Source: a virus
Taxonomy: Duplodnaviria; Caudoviricetes
IMG/VR virus record: IMGVR_UViG_3300037833_000032
Location: 1 to 59,671 of that record
Strand: one strand, 5' to 3'
Length of the DNA: 59,671 nt
Below, one piece after another: positions 47,603 to 57,787 of the stretch (positions are counted from its first letter, which is position 1; each line of letters starts with the position of its first letter). A program made the position numbers and the translations under genes. The notes beneath the pieces were generated by a model. The model saw nothing but the letters and a program-made list of their open reading frames with translations, was not told the origin of the DNA and did no database searches.

Positions 47603-47824
47603 CTATGCCTTATTAATTACGCGTGGACCTAATTGCATATATAGCCTATACTCCTCCTCGGTAATCTCATGCAAAGATTGTTCTAAAGGATAAAAAATAT
47701 TATTGGTATAGGCGCAGTATTGAACTGATTTCTGCAAGGCGTCAATAATGCCTTCGGCTTGCAGAGCTATCCATATTTCACGAGCAGTGTCAAAAGACTT
47801 TACTTTTACTTTATAATACGGCAT
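47603..47824 (-). CDS. Small protein, paralog of 47210-47416
   Basis: MPYYKVKVKS..WIALQAE..QYCA..IFYPLEQ. Confidence 0.75.
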   Translation of the reverse strand: MPYYKVKVKSFDTAREIWIALQAEGIIDALQKSVQYCAYTNNIFYPLEQSLHEITEEEYRLYMQLGPRVINKA

Positions 47825-48167
47825 AGCTATTCCAGATTATAAGGTGCTACATTTCATTAAGTCAGTCCATTTGCTATCAGCTAGGATAGTATTATACTGA
47901 ATTTTGGCAAAAAAGATATAAAAAATTCTTTGTTTAATTCGATTGATAGAATAAAATTACTCTTCCTTATAAGTCTTCATCAAATTGCCATTAAGCACAC
48001 ATAGTGTTTTGGGATACATAACAAGGAATGTTTTCTTATACCAGTCTGCTTTTTGCTTTGCCTCTTCTGGGCCTATTTTTTGGATAAGTTCTTGGTAGGT
48101 GTAGAGGTAAAATTCTTTTTCTGTCATTGGGTGGATGATTTAGTAAATGCTCGCATGAAGGTATACA

Positions 48168-48386
48168 TTATTCAGATACTTGTTTTTCTTGAGTCTGCTT
48201 TATTTTATCCGCATAGGTATCAGAAAAATTTAAGGCTTTACTAAGGAGCATTTTAATCTGCATTTTATAATACCATTCTTCTTTACTTTTATCTTGAGAA
48301 TCAAGTTTATCATAAATGCTTTTTAACTCATGGCTGATTTGCCTCCATTTTGTTGCTTTCTTTTGCAGGTCTTTTAACTGTCTCAT
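48168..48386 (-). CDS. Hypothetical protein
   Basis: 72-aa helical ORF. Confidence 0.45.
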   Translation of the reverse strand: MRQLKDLQKKATKWRQISHELKSIYDKLDSQDKSKEEWYYKMQIKMLLSKALNFSDTYADKIKQTQEKQVSE

Positions 48387-48648
48387 TTTATACTAGGGCT
48401 GTTACGGTTCAAAATTGCCTTTTTATCGGGCATAAAGGGTTATTTAGAGTTTATGGTTAGTTTAAGTTTAGATAATATAAGTATTGGCAGGGCCAAGGAA
48501 AACACACTTGTAATGGAAGCACAATTCAAGAAATTAGTTGTATTGCCTAAGGGAGCAAATGTAAGTTAACTAATTAATTTACAGCAAAATACGCTTAATA
48601 AACGTAGGTAAACAAGCTGTAAATCGCTATTTTTAACATATAAACTAC

Positions 48649-48864
48649 ATGCCTATGCAAAGCACTAAATCCTTATCAATACCTCAAGAAAAGCCTGCTC
48701 CTCCACCAGATAAAATTTGTAATGCAAAGGAGGCTGCGCTATTGCTTGGATGTACAGAAAGAACAGTACTAGACCTTTTTAAGAAGGGGGAAATTAAGGC
48801 CACTAAGCGAACTGGCAAATATCTTACCGTATATCAGAACATTGTAGACTTTATAAACCGATGA
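48649..48864 (+). CDS. HTH_17/AlpA-Xis-like DNA-binding protein
   Basis: NAKEAALLLGCTERTVLDLFKKGEIKATKRTGKY. Confidence 0.78.
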   Translation: MPMQSTKSLSIPQEKPAPPPDKICNAKEAALLLGCTERTVLDLFKKGEIKATKRTGKYLTVYQNIVDFINR

Positions 48865-48998
48865 GCAAAGCACAATTAGTAAACAAATTACTTGTATTAG
48901 AGCCTAAACTAGCTGTTCAGGCATTAAAGAATGATATGCTTTCAGCTAAACTCAAAACCGATAATCTGTTAAACCAACTAAACTTAAAAGTAAAATAG
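48861..48998 (+). CDS. 45-aa hypothetical protein (not in ORF track)
   Basis: MSKAQLVNKLLVLEPK..; ATGA overlap. Confidence 0.5.
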   Translation: MSKAQLVNKLLVLEPKLAVQALKNDMLSAKLKTDNLLNQLNLKVK

Positions 48999-49001
48999 CC
49001 T

Positions 49002-49178
49002 ATGAGACTAACAGCAAAAGAATGTATCCGCCTGCAAGAAGCCCTGGAAGCTATCAAGCCTAAACAACCCACTATTGAAGAAAAAAGAGAGTTCCAAGAC
49101 CTGAACAGTAAATTATTCGATATAGCCCATCAGGCTAGCAATGGTGCACTAGTTCGCCAACAAACACAGAAGATGTAA
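49002..49178 (+). CDS. 58-aa hypothetical protein (not in ORF track)
   Basis: MRLTAKECIRLQEALEAIK..; 3 nt after the previous stop. Confidence 0.55.
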   Translation: MRLTAKECIRLQEALEAIKPKQPTIEEKREFQDLNSKLFDIAHQASNGALVRQQTQKM

Positions 49179-49243
49179 TTTTTTTACCGTTTTATAATTG
49201 TTTAAACGAATATACAAGTATACAATAAACTAATTTTAAGATT

Positions 49244-49726
49244 ATGAATGAAACGTATTACAACTCTGCTGAATACAAAGCTCAGCAAGAGAAATGGCTA
49301 AAAGAAATCGAAGAAGAGGACCGAGCTAACGAAGCGGCCAGATTAAAAGAGGAGGCAGATAAAAGACAAAGCTACCTGAGTAAAGCAGGCCCCTTTGATC
49401 CCTATACTTTCATGCAAGTAGCTGGATGGAAAGTAATAACACCAGAATCTCATGTATTTGCTAAACATCCCACAAATAAGGATCTGGACTTTACTATAGT
49501 CAAAGGTGACAGGTTAGGAAAGCCAGGTTTTATTAGCGTACGGGTTAATTCGAAGTTAAGAGAACACTACGAAAAAGGAATTGCTAGGGAAGAGTTAATT
49601 CCTACTCCTAAAAGCCCTGATGAATTATATGCAGCTATAGAAAAGCTAGGGATCATGAAGCCCACTTCTACAGAGAAGGCAGAGCTAGAAAGAAAATACG
49701 TCGTTCACAAAATATCCAATCAATAA
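49244..49726 (+). CDS. Hypothetical protein
   Basis: 160-aa ORF. Confidence 0.7.
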   Translation: MNETYYNSAEYKAQQEKWLKEIEEEDRANEAARLKEEADKRQSYLSKAGPFDPYTFMQVAGWKVITPESHVFAKHPTNKDLDFTIVKGDRLGKPGFISVRVNSKLREHYEKGIAREELIPTPKSPDELYAAIEKLGIMKPTSTEKAELERKYVVHKISNQ

Positions 49727-49727
49727 C

Positions 49728-50420
49728 ATGCAAAAGACAGCCACACAAAAACATATCTTTACCAATCTAGCCGAGCAATCATCTGTCCGACTAACTGCCG
49801 AACGTCTAGCCCAGGCATTAACCAATCTTGTAAATTCCTGGCATGCGTTGAACATTGGAGAATTTACAGAAGAATTACTGAATGGAGATCCGAAAAGAAG
49901 CAGCTCTTCTAGCTGTCAATCCTGCAAAGGTTTACGCAATTATACGAAAGGTGAGTTACTCATTCAGGATTACCTGCTCGACCTGGCAGGCTCTGTGAGT
50001 GTAGGCAGCGGACTGCGTTTATCCAGAGAGCGCCTGAGAGATGTAATTGAGATGCCTGAAGCAGGAAAAATTAAAGACTTTGAGAAAGCCTTTAGAGCTT
50101 ATCAAGGCTCCTCTGGTTTCGGTTATCCTTTGACTAGTCCTTTTGTGGAAATACAAAACGGTCGTGTAGTGATCCTGGAAGAGGAAATGGAGCAGCATTG
50201 CAAAACCTTTGAAAAGCATCTGACTAATCCGGAAGACATACAGTTGCATGATGATTTAGAAGGGCTGCTTAAGCAAATTGATTCAGTCAATAGCAGACTA
50301 GCAAAGAAAAATCTGGACATTATTCGCCTTGATCCCAAAACAGCAACTAATTCGGCTATCAGCTTATATAATGGCAGTAAGTCTATCAACAATGCTGTCT
50401 TAGCTTCTTACCTCCGTTAA
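49728..50420 (+). CDS. Hypothetical protein
   Basis: 230-aa ORF, coupled to neighbours. Confidence 0.7.
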   Translation: MQKTATQKHIFTNLAEQSSVRLTAERLAQALTNLVNSWHALNIGEFTEELLNGDPKRSSSSSCQSCKGLRNYTKGELLIQDYLLDLAGSVSVGSGLRLSRERLRDVIEMPEAGKIKDFEKAFRAYQGSSGFGYPLTSPFVEIQNGRVVILEEEMEQHCKTFEKHLTNPEDIQLHDDLEGLLKQIDSVNSRLAKKNLDIIRLDPKTATNSAISLYNGSKSINNAVLASYLR

Positions 50421-50839
50421 TGCTGATCACTATTATTTGCATCCTGCTAGCTGTGATTGTAGTAGGATGCTACAATCACTATAAAGCCGTTTCCTCCCTC
50501 TCTCATCAGAACAAGCAGCTAACTAGCCGCAATGAGTGCCTGGAAGAAAATTTAAAAGGCCGCAATGCTGAAATAGACACCTTAGAAAAACGGTGGGTGA
50601 AACTGCATCAGGAGAATATCCGGTGCAATGACTCATGGATGGAGCAACATAAGATGCATGAGCAGATGGTACGCCTTCAACAGGAAACAATGAAGGATCT
50701 ACAGCAAGTCATGGCCATGAATCGGGCAATCAATAAAGTTTTGCAGGAAGAGAATAAGGTAAATAAGAACCTGCGCTCAACCATTGAAAAGATTGAGAAG
50801 GTGAAAAACAGCTACAAAATCCAAAATAACCCCAACTAG
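50420..50839 (+). CDS. N-terminal TM plus coiled-coil protein
   Basis: MLITIICILLAVIVVG followed by heptads. Confidence 0.7.
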   Translation: MLITIICILLAVIVVGCYNHYKAVSSLSHQNKQLTSRNECLEENLKGRNAEIDTLEKRWVKLHQENIRCNDSWMEQHKMHEQMVRLQQETMKDLQQVMAMNRAINKVLQEENKVNKNLRSTIEKIEKVKNSYKIQNNPN

Positions 50840-50841
50840 CG

Positions 50842-53800
50842 ATGTCTGAGAAAGTTACTAATAAATATGAGCTGGATTTATCACAGCCTTTAGCGGATTT
50901 ACGAAAGCTACAAAAATCCGTAGAGGACTTTAATGAAGCCACTCAAAAATCCTCTGCTTCACAGCGGGATCTATTTGCAAAGTCTGCTCAGGCATCCGAG
51001 CAATACGCTAAGACACTATCAGCAGCGGTTCGGGAAAGCGTAAAGAATGCAGAAGCTAATAAAGCCTATGCCTCCTCTGTTTCGGATATGGCAACCCGGA
51101 TGGACCGCTACGGCAAGAGCCAGAAAGAATCGATACGTAATTATCAGGAGGTAAACCAGAAGCTCTCAGAGGCCAAGAAAAAGCAGGCAGACCTTGCGGC
51201 AGAAATGCAGAAAACAGAAAAAGCCTCTTCCGGCCTAATGGGTATGCTAGGAAAAGTAGGTGCAGGCCTAGGCGCTTTCTTTGCTGTGGATAAAATCTTA
51301 GATGTAGGCCGTAGTATATTTAATACCACTAAAGAATTTCAGAAGTTTGAAGCTATCTTAACTAATACCTTAGGTAGCAAATCAGCAGCCCAGGCCGCAC
51401 TAAAACGAATTCAGGATTTTGCTGCCAATACGCCTTTCTCTGTCTCTGAAATCACGGCTGAATTTATCAAACTCGCTAACCGGGGCATACAGCCAACTAA
51501 TGAACAGTTAACAAAGATTGGCGATGTAGCCTCTGCTTTAGGAAAGCCGCTAGGTTCTGTAAACGAGGCCATACTAGATATTTCTAATACGGAAAGGTGG
51601 AACGAGCTGGGAATAAAAGTACAATCTGCTGGCGACAAGATGACCGGCACTTTCAAAGGTGTCACTGTAGAAGTAGAAAAGACCGAAAAAGGCGCCCTTG
51701 CCATGATTGAGCAGTTTGGCAAACTACCTGGTGTTGCCGGTGGCATGGCTGCTGTCTCTAAAACCATTGAAGGGCAAACCTCGAATCTGAATGATAATAT
51801 AGAAAAGCTGGCCGGTAATATCGGGAATCGTTTTTCTGGTGAGATCTCTGGTGCCATTAAAGCCGCTAACTCATTTGTTGAAGGATTAAACGAGCTAGTA
51901 GATTCAAGTAATAGCGCCGCATCCGGATTTGAAAAGCAAAAGAAGGCCGTAGAAGAGCTGACTACTAATTTTACTCCTTTAGTGGCTCGCTATGATCAGC
52001 TGAAATCAAAATCAGAACTATCCAAAGAAGAACAGGAAGAACTTAATACCATTATTGGTAAGATCGGAGCAACTGTACCCACTACCATTTCTGCCTTTGA
52101 TGAATATGGCAAAGCACTCGATATTAATTCAGAAGCTGCTAAACGCTTTGTAGAAGAGCAAAAGCTGATTCTTCAAGCCATGAACCGGGAGGCCATTTCT
52201 GAGCAAGGAGAGGCCTTAAAAGCGTTGAATACAGAAATTATAAAAGTACAGCAGACGCTGTCCAAAGGTACTATTACCCTTGATGCCGGATTTGGTGTAC
52301 GCACAGAAGCTAAATTAACAGGCGATGAAATTGCTACCCTGCAAGCCAAATTAGCTGATTTGCAAGGACAGAAAACAGGCCTTGAAGGCTATATTGACCA
52401 GTTAAAAGGCATTAAGAAAGAAGTGGTGGAAACCGGCAGTAGTGCAGAGGAATCCGCTAAAAAGCAAAAAGGACTCATCGAATCTTTGCAGGCTAGTATT
52501 TCTGAATTACAGAAGCTTCAGCAGAAGGCTACCTCCGTTGCAGATACCACCGGCAAGAATGGCGAGATCATAAAAGGCATTGATAGCTTAAACAAAGAAA
52601 TAGCCCAAAAAGAAAAAGAACTAGCTGCTTTGCTTGGTAAAGGGGATGAGAAAACGGCAGATGACCGGAAGAAACGCTATGAGGATCTGACCAAGGAAAT
52701 AGAAAAGCTGGAAACCCAGGTAAACAAAGCCAAGCTGGATGCCTTAGAAAAATCTAGCAAAGAATACTTAGATGCTTTGCTAGACTCTCAGATGAAGGAA
52801 GTGGATATACTCGAGCAAAACCTAGTGGAGAAAGGAAAGCTGACAGATAAAAACTTCCAGTTATCCAGAGAACAGCAAGAGCAACTAGGCATCCTGCGGA
52901 ATGCAGTTATTCAAAACTATTACGAGGGTCTTGAGGCAGCAGAACAACTAGGACAGGATCAGATATTTGCTTTACGTGAAGAGGGATACAGCAAGGACCT
53001 TGAGGGGCTAGAGCGTAAATACGATAAAGAAATCAAGGCAGCTGAAAACAATAAGGACCTAATTGTTGCCTTAGAAGCTGCCAAATCAAGAGAACTAGCT
53101 GCGTTGAAACTAGCCGAGGCCGAGCGTCAAATTGAATTAGATGAGCAGATTGCTATTGCTAAAATTAATCAAAAGACATTACCGCAAGGCACTAGAGGCG
53201 TATCCGAGGCTGATTTTGAGAAAGATAAGCAGCGTCAGATCCTGCAAGTGCAAATTGAGGCAGCCAGTGAGAGACTCGCAACCATTACCGGTCTTGAGGG
53301 TAAAGAATACGAGGCAAGAAGAGAAGGGCTAAAAGCCTTTATTGCTGGATTACAGCAGGAAATGCAAGGGATGGCTACAACAGAATTCTCTTTGCAGAAG
53401 CTGCTGGGATTATCAGATTCTGAGTTTGAAGGCTTAGCGTTAGTATACAACCAGGCCAATGAGATGGCAAGTGAGTACTTTGCTAATCAAATAGCCCAAT
53501 CTGAAGCATTCATTGCCCAAAAGGATAAAGAAATACAATCCGCTGAAGCTAATCTGGATAGGCAAATAGAACTACAAAAGCTTGGACTTGCTTCTGATAT
53601 CAAAGGTGAAGAGCAGCGCATAGCCTCACTAAAAAAACAACGGGAACAAGCCCTGGCGGATCAGCGCAAAGCCCAACGTGCACAAATACTTCTAGATAGT
53701 GCCACTCAGGCATCTAGTTTGATTACAGCCGGTTCTAAGATTATGGCTGCCACAGCCGCTATTCCTCCACCACTTGGTCAGATTTTAGGAGGTGTGGCTA

Positions 53801-54375
53801 TTGGCGCTATGATAGCAGCATTCGTAGCAAGTAAAGCAAAAGCACTTCAGGCAGTCAATACCTCTGCTCCTAGTTTCCGTGGGGGTGGTGGACTGGATCT
53901 ATCAGGTAAAAAGCTTATGGGACCTTCCCATGAATCAGGTGGGTTGCACCTGGTGAACCCTAATACTGGCGAAAAACTGGCAGAATTTGAGGGCAATGAG
54001 TATCTGCACATTATGAATAAAAAGGCAACTGCTCAGTATTTACCTATGCTGGAAGCCATGAATAAAGGCACGTTTAAACCCGCATTAAATCTCAGGGCCT
54101 TATCGCTTGATATGTCTGATCTGCCCAGGCTTACCATGAATCCCAATATTGTAGCGGATATAAACAGGCTACAAGCGAGAGCAGAGAAGGCCGAAAAAAG
54201 GCATTTTAACTCACAGATCGAAAAGCGGTTACAGAGTGTGGAGAATCTGCTCAAAGATATATCTGCATCAAGCAGCAAAACAGCTAATAGGAAGAATAAG
54301 CAGTTCTTAACAGATGGTTCTGTTGTCGAATGGGACGATACACATACTAGGAAATATAATCCTAGAAAAGAATAA
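50842..54375 (+). CDS. Tape measure protein
   Basis: Tape-measure domain LGSKSAAQAALKRIQDFAANTPFSVSEI..IGDVAS, long coiled coils, hydrophobic helices, C-terminal GPSHESGG. Confidence 0.85.
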   Translation: MSEKVTNKYELDLSQPLADLRKLQKSVEDFNEATQKSSASQRDLFAKSAQASEQYAKTLSAAVRESVKNAEANKAYASSVSDMATRMDRYGKSQKESIRNYQEVNQKLSEAKKKQADLAAEMQKTEKASSGLMGMLGKVGAGLGAFFAVDKILDVGRSIFNTTKEFQKFEAILTNTLGSKSAAQAALKRIQDFAANTPFSVSEITAEFIKLANRGIQPTNEQLTKIGDVASALGKPLGSVNEAILDISNTERWNELGIKVQSAGDKMTGTFKGVTVEVEKTEKGALAMIEQFGKLPGVAGGMAAVSKTIEGQTSNLNDNIEKLAGNIGNRFSGEISGAIKAANSFVEGLNELVDSSNSAASGFEKQKKAVEELTTNFTPLVARYDQLKSKSELSKEEQEELNTIIGKIGATVPTTISAFDEYGKALDINSEAAKRFVEEQKLILQAMNREAISEQGEALKALNTEIIKVQQTLSKGTITLDAGFGVRTEAKLTGDEIATLQAKLADLQGQKTGLEGYIDQLKGIKKEVVETGSSAEESAKKQKGLIESLQASISELQKLQQKATSVADTTGKNGEIIKGIDSLNKEIAQKEKELAALLGKGDEKTADDRKKRYEDLTKEIEKLETQVNKAKLDALEKSSKEYLDALLDSQMKEVDILEQNLVEKGKLTDKNFQLSREQQEQLGILRNAVIQNYYEGLEAAEQLGQDQIFALREEGYSKDLEGLERKYDKEIKAAENNKDLIVALEAAKSRELAALKLAEAERQIELDEQIAIAKINQKTLPQGTRGVSEADFEKDKQRQILQVQIEAASERLATITGLEGKEYEARREGLKAFIAGLQQEMQGMATTEFSLQKLLGLSDSEFEGLALVYNQANEMASEYFANQIAQSEAFIAQKDKEIQSAEANLDRQIELQKLGLASDIKGEEQRIASLKKQREQALADQRKAQRAQILLDSATQASSLITAGSKIMAATAAIPPPLGQILGGVAIGAMIAAFVASKAKALQAVNTSAPSFRGGGGLDLSGKKLMGPSHESGGLHLVNPNTGEKLAEFEGNEYLHIMNKKATAQYLPMLEAMNKGTFKPALNLRALSLDMSDLPRLTMNPNIVADINRLQARAEKAEKRHFNSQIEKRLQSVENLLKDISASSSKTANRKNKQFLTDGSVVEWDDTHTRKYNPRKE

Positions 54376-54390
54376 ACGATACAAAAGGCT

Positions 54391-54666
54391 ATGAAAGGAA
54401 TGAAATTAGGAGGCCGCACCAAAGGCACACCAAACAAAGCAACCCAGAAAATTAAAGATGCTTATGCTAAACTGTTAGAAGATAACCTGGGCACGTTGCA
54501 AACAGATCTAAGCCAGTTAGAGCCTAAGGACCGGTTAAATTTTATGCTCAACTTATCTGAATACATCCTGCCAAAGCTGGCAAGAGTAGAAGCTGAACAT
54601 GAGATCAAGGACACATCTGTTGTGCTCAATATTATTCCTGTTGCACCTAAACAAGCAAATGAGTAA
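54391..54666 (+). CDS. terS: Putative terminase small subunit
   Basis: GGRTKGTPNK..T motif; directly upstream of TerL. Confidence 0.6.
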   Translation: MKGMKLGGRTKGTPNKATQKIKDAYAKLLEDNLGTLQTDLSQLEPKDRLNFMLNLSEYILPKLARVEAEHEIKDTSVVLNIIPVAPKQANE

Positions 54667-54671
54667 TCCCT

Positions 54672-55994
54672 ATGGCAGTAGAGCAGGATATTAGGATAAA
54701 TCAAAAGTATCATTCTCTCCTTGAATGCCAGAAGCGGTATTTGGTGCTATGGGGTGGAGGTGGTAGTGGCAAGTCTGTCTTTGCAGCCCAGAAAATCCTA
54801 TTGCGCTGCCTAACTGAGAAAGAAGCTAAGCACCGCATACTTTGCATCCGGAAAGTAAAAGAAACCATTAGAGAGTCAGTATTTAGCTTATTAAGGGACT
54901 TATTGCTGGATATGGAAATGTACGACCGGGCAATGATCAACAAAACAGAAATGTCTTTTACCTTCGATAATGGCAATCAAATCATTATGGCAGGGGTGGA
55001 TGATCCAGAGAAGCTAAAATCCATTGCTGGTATCACCTCCATTTGGATAGAAGAACCCACAGAACTAGAAGAAAAGGAGTTTGACCAGATTGATTTGAGG
55101 CTACGAGGGGAAACAAAAGAATATAAGCAGATAATTCTTTCTTTCAATCCCGTTGATGAGCAGCACTGGATCAAAAAGAAATTCTTTGATGTCGAAAATC
55201 CAGAGGTGGAAGCCCTGCACTCTTCCTATAAAGACAATGCTTTTTTAGATGATGACTATATAAGACTATTAGAGGACCGCTTCAAGCATGATGAAAACCT
55301 ATATAGAATATATGTGAAAGGTGCCTGGGGGAGAGTAAAGTTAGGCAGTGAATTTTATACCGGTTTCAAAAGATCAGAACACGTACAGCCTACACCTTTT
55401 CTTCCTGGGGTTACCTGTCATCTCTCCTTTGACTTCAATGTGTTGCCTTATATGAGCCTTTTGTGTGCTCAGATTCTTTCACCTGATAACACACCAGATA
55501 AAAAACTCCATATCCGCATCTTTAAAGAATATTGCCTGAAAAGTCCACTTAATTCAGTAGAGGCTATATGTAAAACATTTATCAGGGATTATGAACAATA
55601 TAAACCTGTTGTCCTCTACTACGGGGATGCAACAGGCAAAAATCGCATAGCCGGACAGGGAGACAAGCGCAATTTCTACGATGTAGAAACTTATCTATTT
55701 AAACACCTTACCCATGCATCAGATCGGGTAGCTAAACGAAACCCCAATGTTCTTAAGCGTAGAGATGTAATCAACCGCATGCTTGCTGGTGGATACAATC
55801 TGCAATTCTCAATCGATCCATCCTGCAGCGAACTAATCAATGATTTAGACTATGGGAAGTTAGGTATTGATGGCAAGCTTAAGGAAATGTTTAATGATAA
55901 AGTGCTTGGTGAACGCTATCAGAAAGGCCAGCATCAGGGAGATTGTTTTGATTACCTGCTCATTGGCTTATATCCGAATGAATTCAAATTTTAA
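54672..55994 (+). CDS. terL: Terminase large subunit, PBSX-type
   Basis: GGGGSGKS, GVDDPEKLKS, IWIEE, RLRG, SFNP, YKDNAFL; nuclease motifs SFDFN, GDATG, H..DCFDY. Confidence 0.92.
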   Translation: MAVEQDIRINQKYHSLLECQKRYLVLWGGGGSGKSVFAAQKILLRCLTEKEAKHRILCIRKVKETIRESVFSLLRDLLLDMEMYDRAMINKTEMSFTFDNGNQIIMAGVDDPEKLKSIAGITSIWIEEPTELEEKEFDQIDLRLRGETKEYKQIILSFNPVDEQHWIKKKFFDVENPEVEALHSSYKDNAFLDDDYIRLLEDRFKHDENLYRIYVKGAWGRVKLGSEFYTGFKRSEHVQPTPFLPGVTCHLSFDFNVLPYMSLLCAQILSPDNTPDKKLHIRIFKEYCLKSPLNSVEAICKTFIRDYEQYKPVVLYYGDATGKNRIAGQGDKRNFYDVETYLFKHLTHASDRVAKRNPNVLKRRDVINRMLAGGYNLQFSIDPSCSELINDLDYGKLGIDGKLKEMFNDKVLGERYQKGQHQGDCFDYLLIGLYPNEFKF

Positions 55995-56013
55995 CCCTCA
56001 ACTATATTTACAC

Positions 56014-56274
56014 ATGGAATTAAAAAGAAAGATTGTCGTATTCGACGAAAATGAACAAGTGCAAATCCGGTGGTATGAAATTTTAGCCGATGATGGGCAG
56101 CTCATTTACGTGAGAGAGCAAATAAAAAATGATTATCAGTGGGAGACCTATATTAATTCCAAAGCGGTAGGAATCATGAAAGAAGAACCTTTATCAGGGA
56201 TACCTCCACGCTTAGGCCATTCAGATAATTGGTATGATAACAGCCTTAATAAAGAAAAAGAACCGTGCTCCTAA
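56014..56274 (+). CDS. Hypothetical protein (start moved from 55867)
   Basis: In-frame ATG 20 nt after the terL stop. Confidence 0.5.
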   Translation: MELKRKIVVFDENEQVQIRWYEILADDGQLIYVREQIKNDYQWETYINSKAVGIMKEEPLSGIPPRLGHSDNWYDNSLNKEKEPCS

Positions 56275-56669
56275 CATTCGTGTATACGAATATACGAAAC
56301 ACTTCTCTACTACTTAGCTAGAGATTACGTAAACAGGGTTGTTTACAAACTAAAAAGAGATCATAAATAGCCTTTCCATTGGAGAGGTTCTTTATTTAAT
56401 ACAGATACAACAAAGTCTTCAAGGTAATATTCTTTGAATAACTTATGATAGCTTGGATCAACTGTTTCGGGTATCTACCCCATATTACCAATATCCAACT
56501 AAGCAGCGGTTCACTTCTGATTTGTTTCGGGTATTTAGCTATGTAGGCGTATACCCGAACCTATTCATTACTATTTCGGGTGTACGCATGTTAGGCCTTA
56601 TTAGAAAAAATGATGCAACTAATATAAGAAATAAGGGGTCTGAGGAACATAAATATCATTGAACAAAAA

Positions 56670-57098
56670 ATGAAACTATTACTATTCCCTCTCTATCTCT
56701 TATTGCTCTGTCTAATCTATAACTGTCAATCTAAAGAAGAGGTCACTGCCCCTTCTGCAATCATAGGAAAGTGGCAACTAATAAAGATAGAGAATGATTC
56801 GTTGGGGAAGATGGTTAAAGTTGACCCCTTACCCTACCAAGAGATCTATAAGTTCAACACCAATCATACTTTTGTAAATTATCGGAATGGATCTGAATCT
56901 CAAGGATCTTACACTATCAAGTATCAAAGTGATAGTACTGGAAACTTTAAAATAGTAGAACTAAAGGATTACAAACCTATTGATCCTTTGATTCATTATA
57001 TCAAAGGCTTGTTCTACTTGTATGATAATCAACCAAATATACTTATTTTAAAATTTAATAGAGGGGCTTTTTTTTACTATCAAAAAATAAATGATTAA
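56670..57098 (+). CDS. Lipocalin-like lipoprotein
   Basis: Signal peptide plus Cys (YNCQSKE), IIGKWQL motif. Confidence 0.7.
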   Translation: MKLLLFPLYLLLLCLIYNCQSKEEVTAPSAIIGKWQLIKIENDSLGKMVKVDPLPYQEIYKFNTNHTFVNYRNGSESQGSYTIKYQSDSTGNFKIVELKDYKPIDPLIHYIKGLFYLYDNQPNILILKFNRGAFFYYQKIND

Positions 57099-57105
57099 AA
57101 ACATG

Positions 57106-57184
57106 GCCTAACACCTGCTTCGGCCTATCAGCGGCCTACCTTAGCAAATGCCCGCCGCAGGGAAGCCGTGGTACGTTAGCGGTA
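57106..57184 (+). repeat. attC-like site
   Basis: GCCTAAC..GCTTC..GCGGC..GCCGC..GAAGC..GTTAGCG imperfect hairpin just after a stop codon. Confidence 0.65.
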
Positions 57185-57255
57185 ATTAAACTTCCATGCA
57201 ACTCTATGTTGAATTAAAGGGTCATAGGACAAAGGGTCAATACTCTATAAAAATT

Positions 57256-57720
57256 ATGAAAAAGCTTCTGTCCATAGGGTTAATTGTAATAACTACACTT
57301 TTAATAAGCTGTAAGAAAGAGAATCAGCAACTAGATTGTTCTTTGTATCTCTGTGCTTGGCCTATCCCCCCAATAAATCTAAAATTTGTTGATAAAAATA
57401 CCAATACAGATTTATTATTTGATCCTGCAACTAGTTATTCAATTACGGATATAAAGATTACCCGTCCTAATTCAGAGTTCTTCGTTCCATTTATAAGTAT
57501 TGACTCTACAAACAAGATAGTTTCTGTTAGCAACATACACTCAGGGGACATGCTACAAATAGGAAACTTACCTGCAGATAAAATTATTATCGAAACAAGG
57601 GTTACGACAAGAAAAATATGTTGTCCGCCTGTTGAAGTAATTAAACTTATGATTGGTGACAGGATTGTGTGTCAACCATGTAGAGATTTGGATGAAAGAA
57701 TAATTACTGTAGAAAAATAG
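57256..57720 (+). CDS. Lipoprotein in a cassette-like unit (start moved from 57196)
   Basis: MKKLLSIGLIVITTLLISCKKE lipobox. Confidence 0.75.
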   Translation: MKKLLSIGLIVITTLLISCKKENQQLDCSLYLCAWPIPPINLKFVDKNTNTDLLFDPATSYSITDIKITRPNSEFFVPFISIDSTNKIVSVSNIHSGDMLQIGNLPADKIIIETRVTTRKICCPPVEVIKLMIGDRIVCQPCRDLDERIITVEK

Positions 57721-57787
57721 GATTTATCTCCTTTTAGCAGTAGTATAAATTTAATAAGTAAATACACAAAAAGAGTTTATAAAAAAC

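Larger units (their letters stand above)
39788..56400. mobile_element. Phage-satellite-like integrative element (right boundary approximate)
   Basis: int, HTH repressor, xis, primase-like, helicase, iteron ori, TMP, TerS, TerL; no capsid, portal or tail. Confidence 0.68.

Noticed and set aside
251-55174. Many short antisense or out-of-frame ORFs (e.g. 251-496, 23650-24153, 24370-24669, 27562-27951, 51411-51857, 54033-54437)
   Set aside because: They are shadows of longer, motif-supported genes.
6803-56274. One large tailed prophage spanning both elements
   Set aside because: Two integrases separated by an att, two different packaging ATPase types, and no portal, HK97 capsid or tail tube anywhere.
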